From the NCBI GenBank assembly GCA_963805975.1, contig CAWDVR010000005.1:32001-96000 (forward strand): 64,000 bases of DNA. The letters run 5' to 3'. Below the pieces are notes generated by a model, which made no database searches, was not told the origin of the DNA, and saw only the letters and a program-made list of their open reading frames with translations. Positions within the stretch are counted from its first letter, which is position 1. Every line of letters starts with the position of its first letter. The stretch comes from an uncultured Acidobacteriota bacterium (GTDB lineage Bacteria > Acidobacteriota > Thermoanaerobaculia > Multivoradales > SZUA-115). Both the position numbers and the translations under genes were made by a program. This document shows positions 22,539-31,815 of this stretch, piece after piece.

Positions 22539-24107
22539 TCATGGCGCGAGCCGCCGTGAGAGGACGCAGGCGTTGATGCCCCCGATGCCCATCGAGAGCT
22601 TGCCGGCCAGGCCTTCCGGCACCGGGCAGCCGGTGTCGTAGACGAAGCCCTGATGGACGCGGGCGATCTCGAGGTTGAGCTCGTGCTCGGCGAGCGGCGT
22701 CGGGAACAGGCTGCCGCGCGCGTAGCCCAGGTACTGCGCCGTCAGCTCCCAGCCGCCGGCCGCGCTCATGCCGTGACCGAAGGTCCCTTTGCGGGCCGTC
22801 ACCAGCACCGTCTCCGGGAAGACACCGCGCAGGGTCTCGACCTCCAGATAGTCGCCCGGCGTGGCGGTGGCGTGAAGGTCCCAGCTACCGACCTCCGCCG
22901 GCACCACGCCCGCTTCGGCGAGCGCCAGGCGGACGGCCGCCGTGGGCCCCTCTTTGGACGGCGTGATGATGTGGTCGGCATCCGCGGTCACGCCCACGGC
23001 GAGCGGCTCGAGCCCCAGGGGCCGGAACCCCCGGCCAGTCATGTGCTCGAGGTCGCCGACGATCCAGGTCACGGAGCCGCCGGCAACGTGCGTGCCGCGC
23101 AGACCCGAGAGCGGCTTCGACACCGAGCCGTCGGCGGCCGTCACGCGCGCGTTGTAGAAGGCGCCGACGGTGAGCGGGTGGGGCGGCGGGTCCGTCGCGC
23201 CGATCACCACCGCCTTGGCCTCGCCGCGGCGGATGGCGTCGATGGCGAGCTTCAGGGTCACGCCGAAGGTGGCGCAGGCCGCCACCGGGGCGAAGGCCAT
23301 GCCGGTGATGCGGCCGAGCATCGAGATCTGCGACGCCGGGGTGTTGGGGATGTTCCACAGGAGGTTGGGGGAGACCGCCTTCCACGGCGGATCAGGCGCC
23401 TCCCAGCGCTGCTTCAGCCGCAGGTAGCGGCGCTGCTTCTCCTTGATCACCGACAGCTTGCCGGCCTCGACCTCGCCCTCGACGGACAGCGACTCGATCT
23501 CCTTGAGCTCGGAGAGGTACTGCCGCAGCTGCTCCGACCTGGGCGCCCAAAAGGCCCACCATGCCTCCTCGGCGTCATCCTGCTCCTCGGGCGTCGCGGT
23601 GGCCGGGTCGGCGGGAAGCGGCGCCCCTGCCTCGGCTCGCGAGCCCTCGTGGTGGGCGCGCAGGGCGGCGTTGCGCCGCTCGTCGGCCCAGAAGCGGTTC
23701 CAGCGCCGCTGCGCCCGGTAGAGCTCCAGGCTCGCCCGCTCGATGGTCGGCAGGCTCCCCAGGCCGGTGCCGTAGTAGACGTGGGCGCGCGATCCCAGCC
23801 GCTCCAGCTCCTCCTCGAGGCCGGGGTTCTGGCCCAGGGCCTGGATGAACGAGCCGATGGCGAACAGGCTCGAGGGATCCATCTTCTCGACGAGCTGCGG
23901 GTAGCGGTTGGGGCGGAAGCGCTCGTCCACCCAGGGCTTGTAGGCCGCGAAGGAGAACTCCGGCGTGCCGACCAGGAAGTTGTCGGCGCCGAAGCCGTTG
24001 AACGGGGCGAGCCAGGAGCCGCCGGCCGCCAGGTTGGCCTCGAAGCGCTCGATGTTCGGCGAACGAGGACCGACGATCCCCCAGCCGAAGATGCCAACCC
24101 TACGCAC
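22539..24107 (-). CDS. Standalone beta-ketoacyl synthase (KAS I/II fold) with large insertion
   Basis: Catalytic C (AACATFG), H (DLHATATPGD), H (FGHGMSAAG); C-terminal SMGIGGINA. Confidence 0.8.
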   Translation of the reverse strand: MRRVGIFGWGIVGPRSPNIERFEANLAAGGSWLAPFNGFGADNFLVGTPEFSFAAYKPWVDERFRPNRYPQLVEKMDPSSLFAIGSFIQALGQNPGLEEELERLGSRAHVYYGTGLGSLPTIERASLELYRAQRRWNRFWADERRNAALRAHHEGSRAEAGAPLPADPATATPEEQDDAEEAWWAFWAPRSEQLRQYLSELKEIESLSVEGEVEAGKLSVIKEKQRRYLRLKQRWEAPDPPWKAVSPNLLWNIPNTPASQISMLGRITGMAFAPVAACATFGVTLKLAIDAIRRGEAKAVVIGATDPPPHPLTVGAFYNARVTAADGSVSKPLSGLRGTHVAGGSVTWIVGDLEHMTGRGFRPLGLEPLAVGVTADADHIITPSKEGPTAAVRLALAEAGVVPAEVGSWDLHATATPGDYLEVETLRGVFPETVLVTARKGTFGHGMSAAGGWELTAQYLGYARGSLFPTPLAEHELNLEIARVHQGFVYDTGCPVPEGLAGKLSMGIGGINACVLSRRLAP

Positions 24108-24214
24108 GAAGCCCGGTCTCCTCCGTTCCGCGACAGCTCGCCTGAATTCGCGAGATGTTATCCGAGAAGGCGCCGGCGGCGCTGGTCAGGGATGGAGAGC
24201 GAACCGTAGCGCTC

Positions 24215-24541
24215 TCACGGTGGATCGATCGTGCCCGCAGAGGTCCAGGGGCCGCAGCGCGCCACGCGGCCCGCAGCGCGCAGGCCGCCCCGTAGCGCAC
24301 CGTGCTTGCCGATCGCCCCCGCGGCGTAGTGGCTGCAGGTCGGGGTGAAGCGGCAGCGGACGCCCAGCGCGGGCATCCGGGGGGACAGGGTGCGCTGGTA
24401 GAGGTGGATGCCGGCGAGGAGCGCCCGCGCCGAGACCTGGCGCTCCGGGGCCTGGAGCTGGTCGGCGGCAAAGAGAAGCAACGCGACCGCGGCGGCGATC
24501 ACGGCGCGCCGGCGGCCCCTGGTCATGCGGCCCCTGGTCAT
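24215..24541 (-). CDS. YidD-like membrane protein insertion efficiency factor paralog
   Basis: YQRTLSP, CRFTPTCSHY, RVARCGPW, IDPP. Confidence 0.85.
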   Translation of the reverse strand: MTRGRMTRGRRRAVIAAAVALLLFAADQLQAPERQVSARALLAGIHLYQRTLSPRMPALGVRCRFTPTCSHYAAGAIGKHGALRGGLRAAGRVARCGPWTSAGTIDPP

Positions 24542-24936
24542 GGCGGCAGCGTGCCGGCCACCAGCCGGTAGAGCCACAGGCCGCCAAAGAGCGCCAGGTG
24601 GACGAGCGCCAGGGAAAGCTCCCACCGCTCGGCGGCGAGCGCCTTGCCGCGCAGGATCACGGTTCCCCAGGCGAGCCACAGCAGCGCCCCCTCGGCCGCG
24701 AGGAGCGGCGCCAGCGGGTGCATCCGCACGGCCGCGGCGAGATCTCCCTGCGCCATCAGCGTGAAAGCGCGCGTGAGGCCGCAGCCGGGACAGGCGAGAT
24801 GGGTGTGGCGGCGGAAGAGGCAGAGCGAGCTCTCGACGGCGCCGCTCGGCGTCCAGTGGGCGAAGACCAGCCAGGCGAGGGCGGCGAGGGCCGCCGCGCC
24901 GGCCCAGAGGGCGAAGCGGCTCCGGCCGACCTGCAC
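24538..24936 (-). CDS. DUF2752 membrane protein (start approximate)
   Basis: CLFRRHTHLACPGCGLTRA...HPLAP. Confidence 0.8.
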   Translation of the reverse strand: MQVGRSRFALWAGAAALAALAWLVFAHWTPSGAVESSLCLFRRHTHLACPGCGLTRAFTLMAQGDLAAAVRMHPLAPLLAAEGALLWLAWGTVILRGKALAAERWELSLALVHLALFGGLWLYRLVAGTLPP

Positions 24937-24955
24937 CGGAGCCGCGGTCGAGTCA

Positions 24956-25339
24956 CTAGAAGCGATCAGCGTACTGGCTGATGCCGGGGACGATGACACG
25001 CTGGCCGTTGACGCCCTTGATGATGCAGAAGATGTGGAGAATGATCACCGCGAGCCAGATGAAGAGGCCCAGGATGCCGGTCAGGCAGCCACCGACCCCG
25101 TGGGTCACCGCCGCGGCCACCATCTGCACCACGAAGAGGCCGATCCAGAGGATGAACTCGGCCACCATCAGCACGATGCCGTGCTTGGCGTGCCACTGCA
25201 CCTCGCGGTCGTCCTTCTCGACCAGGAGCGGGATCAAGGCCAGCAGCCAGAGGTACGACAGCACGATCATGATCCCGCGGTTCTGGCTCACGGCGCCGCC
25301 GGGGGGAGGCGGAACAGGGGGAATGCCGGGTTCGGTCAT
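24956..25339 (-). CDS. DUF4870-like small membrane protein
   Basis: LSYLWLLALIPLL, VQWHAKHG, three TM helices; GGAGG RBS. Confidence 0.75.
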   Translation of the reverse strand: MTEPGIPPVPPPPGGAVSQNRGIMIVLSYLWLLALIPLLVEKDDREVQWHAKHGIVLMVAEFILWIGLFVVQMVAAAVTHGVGGCLTGILGLFIWLAVIILHIFCIIKGVNGQRVIVPGISQYADRF

Positions 25340-25487
25340 CGCTTGGGACCCTCCGATTCAGAAGTTGGACGACGCACTCTCGAGAGCCGTGCGGTCGGGG
25401 ATGGGATCGATAGGCGTCAGTCTATCCAAGGCCATACGGGCCGACAAGGCTCACCACGGCGACAGAGCTGGCCGGCTTGCACGCAAG

Positions 25488-25574
25488 GTGGGGCAGCCGA
25501 GGGAGCCGGGGAGCAGCGCAGCGTGACCCGAAGGGGGCGTCGAGCAGCGGACCAGGCTCCCTCGGCTGCCCCAC
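25488..25574. repeat. Perfect 20-bp inverted repeat with 47-bp spacer (REP/MITE-like)
   Basis: GTGGGGCAGCCGAGGGAGCC (25488-25507) and GGCTCCCTCGGCTGCCCCAC (25555-25574). Confidence 0.8.
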
Positions 25575-26226
25575 TCACCCTTCCCATGCTCGACAAATCG
25601 CCTCGCGAGGGGCCGTCACCTCACACCGTGCTTCGAGCCCGAGCTCCGCCAGCGCCTCCTCGAGCCGGGGGCGCTCCGCGGCCCAGACCCGCAGGGTCAG
25701 CTCGACTCCCTCGCCATAGCGCTCGGACAGGATCTCGATCGCCGGTGGATGGAGCAGGCGCTTGACCGCGCCCAGGCGCTCGTAGGGGAGCGACACCGCA
25801 AGCTCCACCGTCGGCACGCGGAGCACCCGTCGCGAGGCCGGCCAGCGCCTCGCGGACCGCGCCGGCATAGGCGCGGGCCAACCCGCCCTTACCCAGCTTG
25901 GTGCCGCCGAACCAGCGCACCACCACGGCGAGGACGTCCGACAGATGGGCACCGCGCAGCACCCGCAGCATCGGCATGCCGGCCGTGCCCGCGGGCTCGC
26001 CGTCGTCCGCGCTGCGCTCCTGCGGCTCGGCACCCAGGCGCCAGGCCCAGCAGTGGTGCGTGGCGTCGGGAAAGCGCCCGCGCAGGGCTTCGATCTCGGC
26101 GCGGGCCTCGGTCGCGCCGGCGACGGGCAGCACCAAGGCCAGGAAGCGGGAGCCCTTCTCGCGCAGCTCGGCCTCGGCCGAGCCGGCGGGCGCGCGATAG
26201 CCAGCCTCAGCCGGCGACCCGCTCAT
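25575..26226 (-). pseudogene. yigZ: YigZ/IMPACT family protein with apparent frameshift near 25828 (possibly a sequencing error)
   Basis: N-half KGSRF, DATHHCWA, DDGEPAGTAG, RWFGGTKLGKGGL in one frame; C-terminal domain VSLPYERLG...YGEGVEL in another. Confidence 0.75.
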
Positions 26227-27370
26227 AGATGCGGCGGTACTGGGCCACCACGGCCTCCTGCCCGAAGCGCTGGATCGCCTGTCTCCGCGCTTCCTCGCCG
26301 AAGCGCCGGTGGCGCTCCGGATCGGCGAGCAGGCCGACGGCGGCCTCGGCCATGCCGTCCACGTCGCCCACCGGCAGGAGGTAGCCGGTGACGCCGTGCT
26401 CGACCACCTCCGGCAGGCCGCCGGCATGTGCACCGACCACCGGCACTTTGCAGGCCATGGCTTCGAGGGCCGAGAGACCGAAGGACTCGGCGTCCGAGGT
26501 CAGGAGGAAGAGGTCGGCGCCCACCAGCACCTCCTCGACCAGCGGCAGGTTGCCGATCAGGGTGATCGAGTCGCAGATGCCCAGCTCCCGGCAGCGCTGC
26601 TCGACCTTGGGGCGCTCCGGGCCGTCGCCCACCAGCAGCAGGCGCGCCGGTGTCCGCCGCCGCACGCGGTCGAAGGTCTCGATCACGTCGAGCACCCGCT
26701 TGACCGGCCGGAAGTTCGAGATGTGGACGAGGATCTTCTCCTCCGGCCGCGCCCAGCGGCGGGCGCCCGGCAGAGGTGCCGCGCGCTCGTAGCGGCCGGG
26801 GTCGACGAAGTTCCCCACCACGTCGATCTCGGCCTCGATGCCCAGCTTCTCGGCCGTCATCCGCCGCAGCCACTCGGAGACCGCGGTGACCGCGTCGCTC
26901 TCCAGGATGCCGAAGCGGGTGGTCTCGAGATAGCTGGGATCGTTGCCCACCAGGGTGATGTCCGTGCCGTGGAGCGTGGTGACCACGGGCAGCGCCTGCG
27001 GCTCGAGGATCTGGCGCGCCAGCACCGCGGAGACGGCGTTCGGCACCGCGTAGTGGACGTGCATCACGTCCAGCCGCTCGCGCCGCGCCACCTCCACCAT
27101 CTTGGTGGCGAGGGCGAGCGAGTAGGGGGGGTACTCGAAGAGCGGGTAGTTGGCCACCACCACCTCGTGGTAGTGGAGGTTGGCGTAGAGCTCGGGCGGC
27201 GGCGCGGTGGCGAGCGTGCGCAGGCTCCCGCAGAGGCTCGAGAGCCGCGACGGCAGCGCATAGCTGATGATGTGGACCTGATCGCCGCCGGCGGCGAGCG
27301 CCATGGCGAGCTCGGTCGCCACCACGCCCGAGCCGCCGTAGGTGGGGTAGCAGTTGATGCCGATCCTCAT
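26207..27370 (-). CDS. bshA: N-acetyl-alpha-D-glucosaminyl L-malate synthase
   Basis: MRIGINCYPTYGGSGVVATELA, YPLFEYPPY, HVHYAVP, TTLHGTDITLVG, HISNFRPVKR. Confidence 0.93.
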   Translation of the reverse strand: MRIGINCYPTYGGSGVVATELAMALAAGGDQVHIISYALPSRLSSLCGSLRTLATAPPPELYANLHYHEVVVANYPLFEYPPYSLALATKMVEVARRERLDVMHVHYAVPNAVSAVLARQILEPQALPVVTTLHGTDITLVGNDPSYLETTRFGILESDAVTAVSEWLRRMTAEKLGIEAEIDVVGNFVDPGRYERAAPLPGARRWARPEEKILVHISNFRPVKRVLDVIETFDRVRRRTPARLLLVGDGPERPKVEQRCRELGICDSITLIGNLPLVEEVLVGADLFLLTSDAESFGLSALEAMACKVPVVGAHAGGLPEVVEHGVTGYLLPVGDVDGMAEAAVGLLADPERHRRFGEEARRQAIQRFGQEAVVAQYRRIYERVAG

Positions 27371-28104
27371 CGCACGCCCCCGGGGAGAAGGGCGAGCGGG
27401 TCGCGCACCGCGAGCGGCTGCCGGCTCCAGAAGGGCTCGCCGAAGGTGGCGCCCACCAGGGCCCCGAAGTGGCGGGCCCGGCCTTCGACGGCGAGGCGGA
27501 AGTCCTCGGTCGCCACCTTGGTGATCGGCTCGGCGCGCTTCGCACCGGCCTGGTGGAGCTGGCTCCGGTAGGCGTCGAGCGAGGCGACCTTGGCCGGCCA
27601 GGCAGCCGTCACGTCCACCACGAAGCTCACGGCGAAGGAGTCGTGCTGCATGAACGAGAATATTGCTCCTGGCCGATGGGGCGTCGCCGGCCGATGGGGC
27701 GCCCCCGCTCCCCGGTGCCTGAGGCCCGCGTAGAAGCAGGCGGCCTCGACCAGGGCGTGGGCCCGCCCGTGGTCGGGGTGGCGGTCGGCGGGCGTGGGGG
27801 AGAGCACCAGCTCGGGCTGCAAGCGCCGCAGCACGGCGATCAGCGCGTCCTCCTCCGCCTCGCCGGTGCGCAGCCGGCCATCGCCGCAGTCGAGAAAGTC
27901 GAGCGTCGCGGCGCCGAGCGTCGCGGCGGCCCTCTCGGCCTCGGCCCGGCGCTCCTCGGCGGTGCCCCGCGTGCCGGCCTCTCCGCGCGTCAAGTGGACG
28001 ATGCCCACCCTCTGCCCGCGGCTGGCGGCGAGAGCCAGCGTGCCGCCACAGCCGAGCTCCACGTCGTCCGGATGCGCGCCGATGGCCAGGATGTCGAGGT
28101 GCAA
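27367..28104 (-). CDS. bshB1: Bacillithiol biosynthesis deacetylase
   Basis: GAHPDDVELGCGGT, TRGEAGTRG, DRHPDH; between bshC and bshA. Confidence 0.9.
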   Translation of the reverse strand: MHLDILAIGAHPDDVELGCGGTLALAASRGQRVGIVHLTRGEAGTRGTAEERRAEAERAAATLGAATLDFLDCGDGRLRTGEAEEDALIAVLRRLQPELVLSPTPADRHPDHGRAHALVEAACFYAGLRHRGAGAPHRPATPHRPGAIFSFMQHDSFAVSFVVDVTAAWPAKVASLDAYRSQLHQAGAKRAEPITKVATEDFRLAVEGRARHFGALVGATFGEPFWSRQPLAVRDPLALLPGGVR

Positions 28105-28122
28105 GGGGATCTCCTTCCCGGC

Positions 28123-29769
28123 CTAGATCCGCACGATCTGGAGCCGCTCGGCGTCGAGCTCCACCTGCTCCCAGAACGCGTCTGCGAAGCGGTCGCCGTA
28201 GCGGGCGAAGAACGAGGCGGTGGCAATCGCCCGCTCCTGGAGCTTGCCGCCCGGCAGGCAGACGGCGCGGAGCTGCTCCACGCGGCGGCGGGTCTCGCCG
28301 TCGGCGCGGGCGGCGGCGGCGGTGGCCTTGTCCGAGAAGGTGGCGAGCGCGCGGTCGATGGTGTCGCGGGTCTTCTGCCACGGCGACTCAAGGTTGCGAT
28401 CGACGGCGAGCGCCTGCTCGCGCAGAGCGGCCAGCTCGCGCTCGACGAGCGCGCGGAGCGGCGCCGCGATCTCGCCGCCGTGGCGGGCCACGAGCTTGCG
28501 GTCGAGCTCCGTCTCGGGAGCGAAGAGGTCCGCGAGCTCCAGCCCGAGGCCGGCGAGCCAGCCGCAGTGCCGCTCTTCGAGCACTACCACCTGGGGGCGG
28601 AGCGTGGTCCAGGGCGCTTCGATCCCCAGCACGGGATAGACCGCCGCGGTCTGGGCCATGTAGGACATCTCGCCCGGCCCCAGCACTTGCAGGGTGGTGC
28701 CGAGCACCGCGTCCTGGATCGCGGGCCGCGCCAGCACGCCGGGGCTGACGCGCTCCGGTTCGGCCTCCAGGATGGCCAGGAGCTCGGCCAGGGGTGCCGC
28801 GGGCCGCTCACTGCCGCGGAGCGCATACTCACTCTCGCCACGCCACGCGATGCGCCGGCGCGCGCCTTCTTCGAGCAGGAAGAGCGGGGAGACACCGCGC
28901 TGGGGCGCCACCTGCAGGCGGTAGCCACGCTCGCCCACGCGAGCGTCGGCGGCCTCGTAGGCCGACTCCACCGCGGTACGCCGTTCGATCAGCAGCTTCA
29001 GCCACGGCCGCTCGGCCTCTTTGAGGGCGGGCAACTGCGAATCGAGGAGCAGCGGGCAGCGCTCGCCCAGGAAACGGACGAGGAGGGCCGAGAACGCCTC
29101 GCCGAAGCCCGCCTCCGGCCGCGAGAGAGAGGCCACGCGCCGCCACTCCTCGGCCCAGCCGGGGCCGCCGCCGAGGGCCTCGATCTCGGCCAGGACCGCC
29201 TCGACGCCGGGCCCTAGGGGGCGCAGGCCGAGCGGCGCGAGGGGCGACGGGTCCGGCCCGAGGTCGAAGGTTCGGGGGCCACCCGAGGTGAGCACCGTCG
29301 CGGTCGCGGACTCGGCCCAGTCGTGGTCCTCGGTCGCCACCCAGAACACGGCCACGGCCGGCTGGCCCGCCGCCTCGAGCGCCTCCGCCCAGCGTGCCGC
29401 GGTCACGGCCTTCGAGAAGGCGTAGAGCGGGCCGCCGAAAAGCCCCGGCTGCTGGCCGGTGACCACCACCCGCGTCTCGGGCGCGGCCAGCTTCGCCGCC
29501 AGGCGGTCTGCCGCCGGGTGGCCGTAGCCGCGGTTGGCGGCGGCGAGCGCCGCGGCGAGCGCCGTGCGATCGGCCGCCGGCGGCGGGCCTTCGGGGAGCT
29601 TGCCCGGGCGCAGGAAACGGAGCGGTGCGAGGAGATCGAGATCGCGCCCGGCGAGCAGGGCCGAGGGCAGGGGGCCGAGAAGCCCGAGCTCGTCGAGCGA
29701 CAGGTCGCCCGGGCGACAGGCAGGCTCCTCGGAGAGTGCCAGAGTCTCAGGCAGGGTCGTGGTGATCAC
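28123..29769 (-). CDS. bshC: Bacillithiol biosynthesis cysteine-adding enzyme
   Basis: VVTGQQPGLFGGPLY, VFWVATEDHD, SPGVLARP, GPGEMSY, LQER; GTG overlaps methyltransferase stop. Confidence 0.9.
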   Translation of the reverse strand: MITTTLPETLALSEEPACRPGDLSLDELGLLGPLPSALLAGRDLDLLAPLRFLRPGKLPEGPPPAADRTALAAALAAANRGYGHPAADRLAAKLAAPETRVVVTGQQPGLFGGPLYAFSKAVTAARWAEALEAAGQPAVAVFWVATEDHDWAESATATVLTSGGPRTFDLGPDPSPLAPLGLRPLGPGVEAVLAEIEALGGGPGWAEEWRRVASLSRPEAGFGEAFSALLVRFLGERCPLLLDSQLPALKEAERPWLKLLIERRTAVESAYEAADARVGERGYRLQVAPQRGVSPLFLLEEGARRRIAWRGESEYALRGSERPAAPLAELLAILEAEPERVSPGVLARPAIQDAVLGTTLQVLGPGEMSYMAQTAAVYPVLGIEAPWTTLRPQVVVLEERHCGWLAGLGLELADLFAPETELDRKLVARHGGEIAAPLRALVERELAALREQALAVDRNLESPWQKTRDTIDRALATFSDKATAAAARADGETRRRVEQLRAVCLPGGKLQERAIATASFFARYGDRFADAFWEQVELDAERLQIVRI

Positions 29770-30497
29770 GTCTTCCTCGCTACCAGGATCAAACGCTCGC
29801 TCGCCGCCGAGTAGGCCCGGCCGTCGAAGTCGCCGAAGGTCGAGAGCAGCTCGAAGCCGGCCCACAGCAGGCCGTTCTTCACCTCGTCGAGGCGGTAGGC
29901 GCGCACGCTCTCGAGGAAGGTCCGCGCTGCGCCGCCGGGCGAGCTCAGGCGGATGCGCTTGTTGAGCCGCTGGGTGGCGGCATCGTACCAGCGCTCGATC
30001 TCCACCACCCGCCCGTCGACGGTGCGGGTCTCGCGCGGCTTGAGGCCGGCGATGGCAGGCTCCGGGTTCAGGAGGTCGAGGAGGAAGCTGCCGCCGGTCT
30101 CGAGCACCCGCGCCACTTCCTCGAGCACCAGGAAGTTCTCGCGCTCGCTCTCGAAGTAGCCGAAGGAGGTGAAGAAGTTGAGCACCCAGCCGAAGGTGCG
30201 GTCGGCGAACGGCAGGCGGCGCATGTCCCCGCCCACCCGCGGCAGGTCCGGCCGGCGGGCGAGCAGCGTGAGCGAGAGGTCGATGCCGAGCGCGCGGTGC
30301 CCCCTTCGGCGCAGCACCTCGGTATGGCGGCCGGCGCCGCAGGCCAAGTCGAGCACGGCACCCCCTTGGCGGTCGGGGAGCCGGGCGTCCCCCAAATGAC
30401 GCTCGACGAAGTCCACGTGCAGCTCGGCCTCACCGCGGTCGCGGTGCGCATAGAGGTCCATGTACTCGTCGCCGAACCACTCCCGATACCAGGCCAT
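29766..30497 (-). CDS. Class I SAM-dependent methyltransferase (candidate bacillithiol N-methyltransferase)
   Basis: VLDLACGAGRH, GDMR, NFFTSFGYF; coupled to bshC. Confidence 0.85.
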   Translation of the reverse strand: MAWYREWFGDEYMDLYAHRDRGEAELHVDFVERHLGDARLPDRQGGAVLDLACGAGRHTEVLRRRGHRALGIDLSLTLLARRPDLPRVGGDMRRLPFADRTFGWVLNFFTSFGYFESERENFLVLEEVARVLETGGSFLLDLLNPEPAIAGLKPRETRTVDGRVVEIERWYDAATQRLNKRIRLSSPGGAARTFLESVRAYRLDEVKNGLLWAGFELLSTFGDFDGRAYSAASERLILVARKT

Positions 30498-30556
30498 GGG
30501 CGGCGATGATAGCCCGAGCGGCCGGCGCGCGCGGGCCGCGATATCCTTGCCGGATC

Positions 30557-30826
30557 ATGCCCGGCCGGAGCAGCAAGCGGATTCTTCTCTGGAGCGCCTT
30601 CGCCGGCTTTCTGCTGCACACGGCCGCGGCGCTCCTGGTCTGGACCCGCTGGGGCCAAGGCGCGCGCGGCCTCTACCTGGTGTGGATGGACCTGCCGCTC
30701 TCGTTCGCCTGGGCCGGCGAGTACGGGCGGGCGCTCCTGGTGTGGAGCCTCACCGTGGGCGGTGCCTGGTGGGCGGCCCTCACCGCGCTTCTGGCGTACG
30801 TTTTCGGCCGCATTGGTCGTCGATAG
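30557..30826 (+). CDS. Small hypothetical membrane protein
   Basis: Hydrophobic segments; fills gap before dusB. Confidence 0.55.
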   Translation: MPGRSSKRILLWSAFAGFLLHTAAALLVWTRWGQGARGLYLVWMDLPLSFAWAGEYGRALLVWSLTVGGAWWAALTALLAYVFGRIGRR

Positions 30827-30832
30827 GCTCCC

Positions 30833-31815
30833 ATGCTGCAGCTCGGCAGGTCACAGTCGACCCACCCCTCTTCCTGGCGCCGATGGCGGGCGTCACGGAC
30901 CGCGATTTCCGCCTCATCGTGCGGCGCATCGGCGGCGTGGGCGTGGTGACGATGGAGTTCATCTCCGCCAAGGGCCTCGCCGGGGGCGACCGGCTGGCGA
31001 CGAGCCTCATGGTGTTCTCCGCCGAGGAGCGGCCGCTCTCCATCCAGATCTACGGTGCGGACGCCGCCACCATGGCGGAGGCGGCGCGCATCGTCGAGGC
31101 CTCCGGCGCCGACCTCTGCGACATCAACATGGGCTGCCCGGCGAACAAGGTGCTCGCCGGCTGCGCCGGCGCGGCGCTGATGGGAGACCTGGGGCTCGCC
31201 GAGGCGATCGTGCGCGAGGTGACGCGGGCGGTCTCGATCCCGGTGACGGTCAAGTTCCGCCTCGGGCTCGACGACCGCCGGCTCGCCTACCTCGACCTCG
31301 GTCGCATCTGCGAGGCGCACGGCGTGGCTGCGGTGGCGATGCACGGGCGAACCGCGCGGCAGGGCTTCTCGGGGCGCGCCGACTGGGAGCCGATCGCGCG
31401 CCTCAAGGAGACCGTTGGCATCCCGGTGATCGGCAACGGCGACGTCGGGACGGCCGACGACGCGGTGAGGCTGCTGCGCTCTACCGGCTGCGACGGCGTG
31501 ATGGTGGGCCGCGCCGCCACGCGCGACCCCTGGGTGTTCCGGCAGATCGCGGCCCGGCTCGGCTACCAGGCGTTCCGTGAGCCGACGCTCGCCGAGCGCG
31601 GCACGCTGATCCGTGACCACTTCGCGACCGTGGTGCGCCGTGAGCCCGAGGGCGCCGCACTCCACAAGCTGCGGCTCTTCACGCGCTGGTACAGCCAGGG
31701 GCTGCCCGGCGGCCAGCGCCTGCGGCGCCAGATCCAGGAGCTGCCGACGACCGCCGCGTTCCTCACCGCCATCGACAGCTTCTTGGGCGAGCTCGACCTC
31801 GAGGCGGCGGCTTGA
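30833..31815 (+). CDS. dusB: tRNA-dihydrouridine synthase B with apparent 1-nt deletion near 30847
   Basis: LAPMAGVTD, DINMGCP, HGRT, IGNGDV, MVGR; ATG 30833 (MLQLG) is out of frame with QVTVDPPLFLAPM. Confidence 0.85.
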
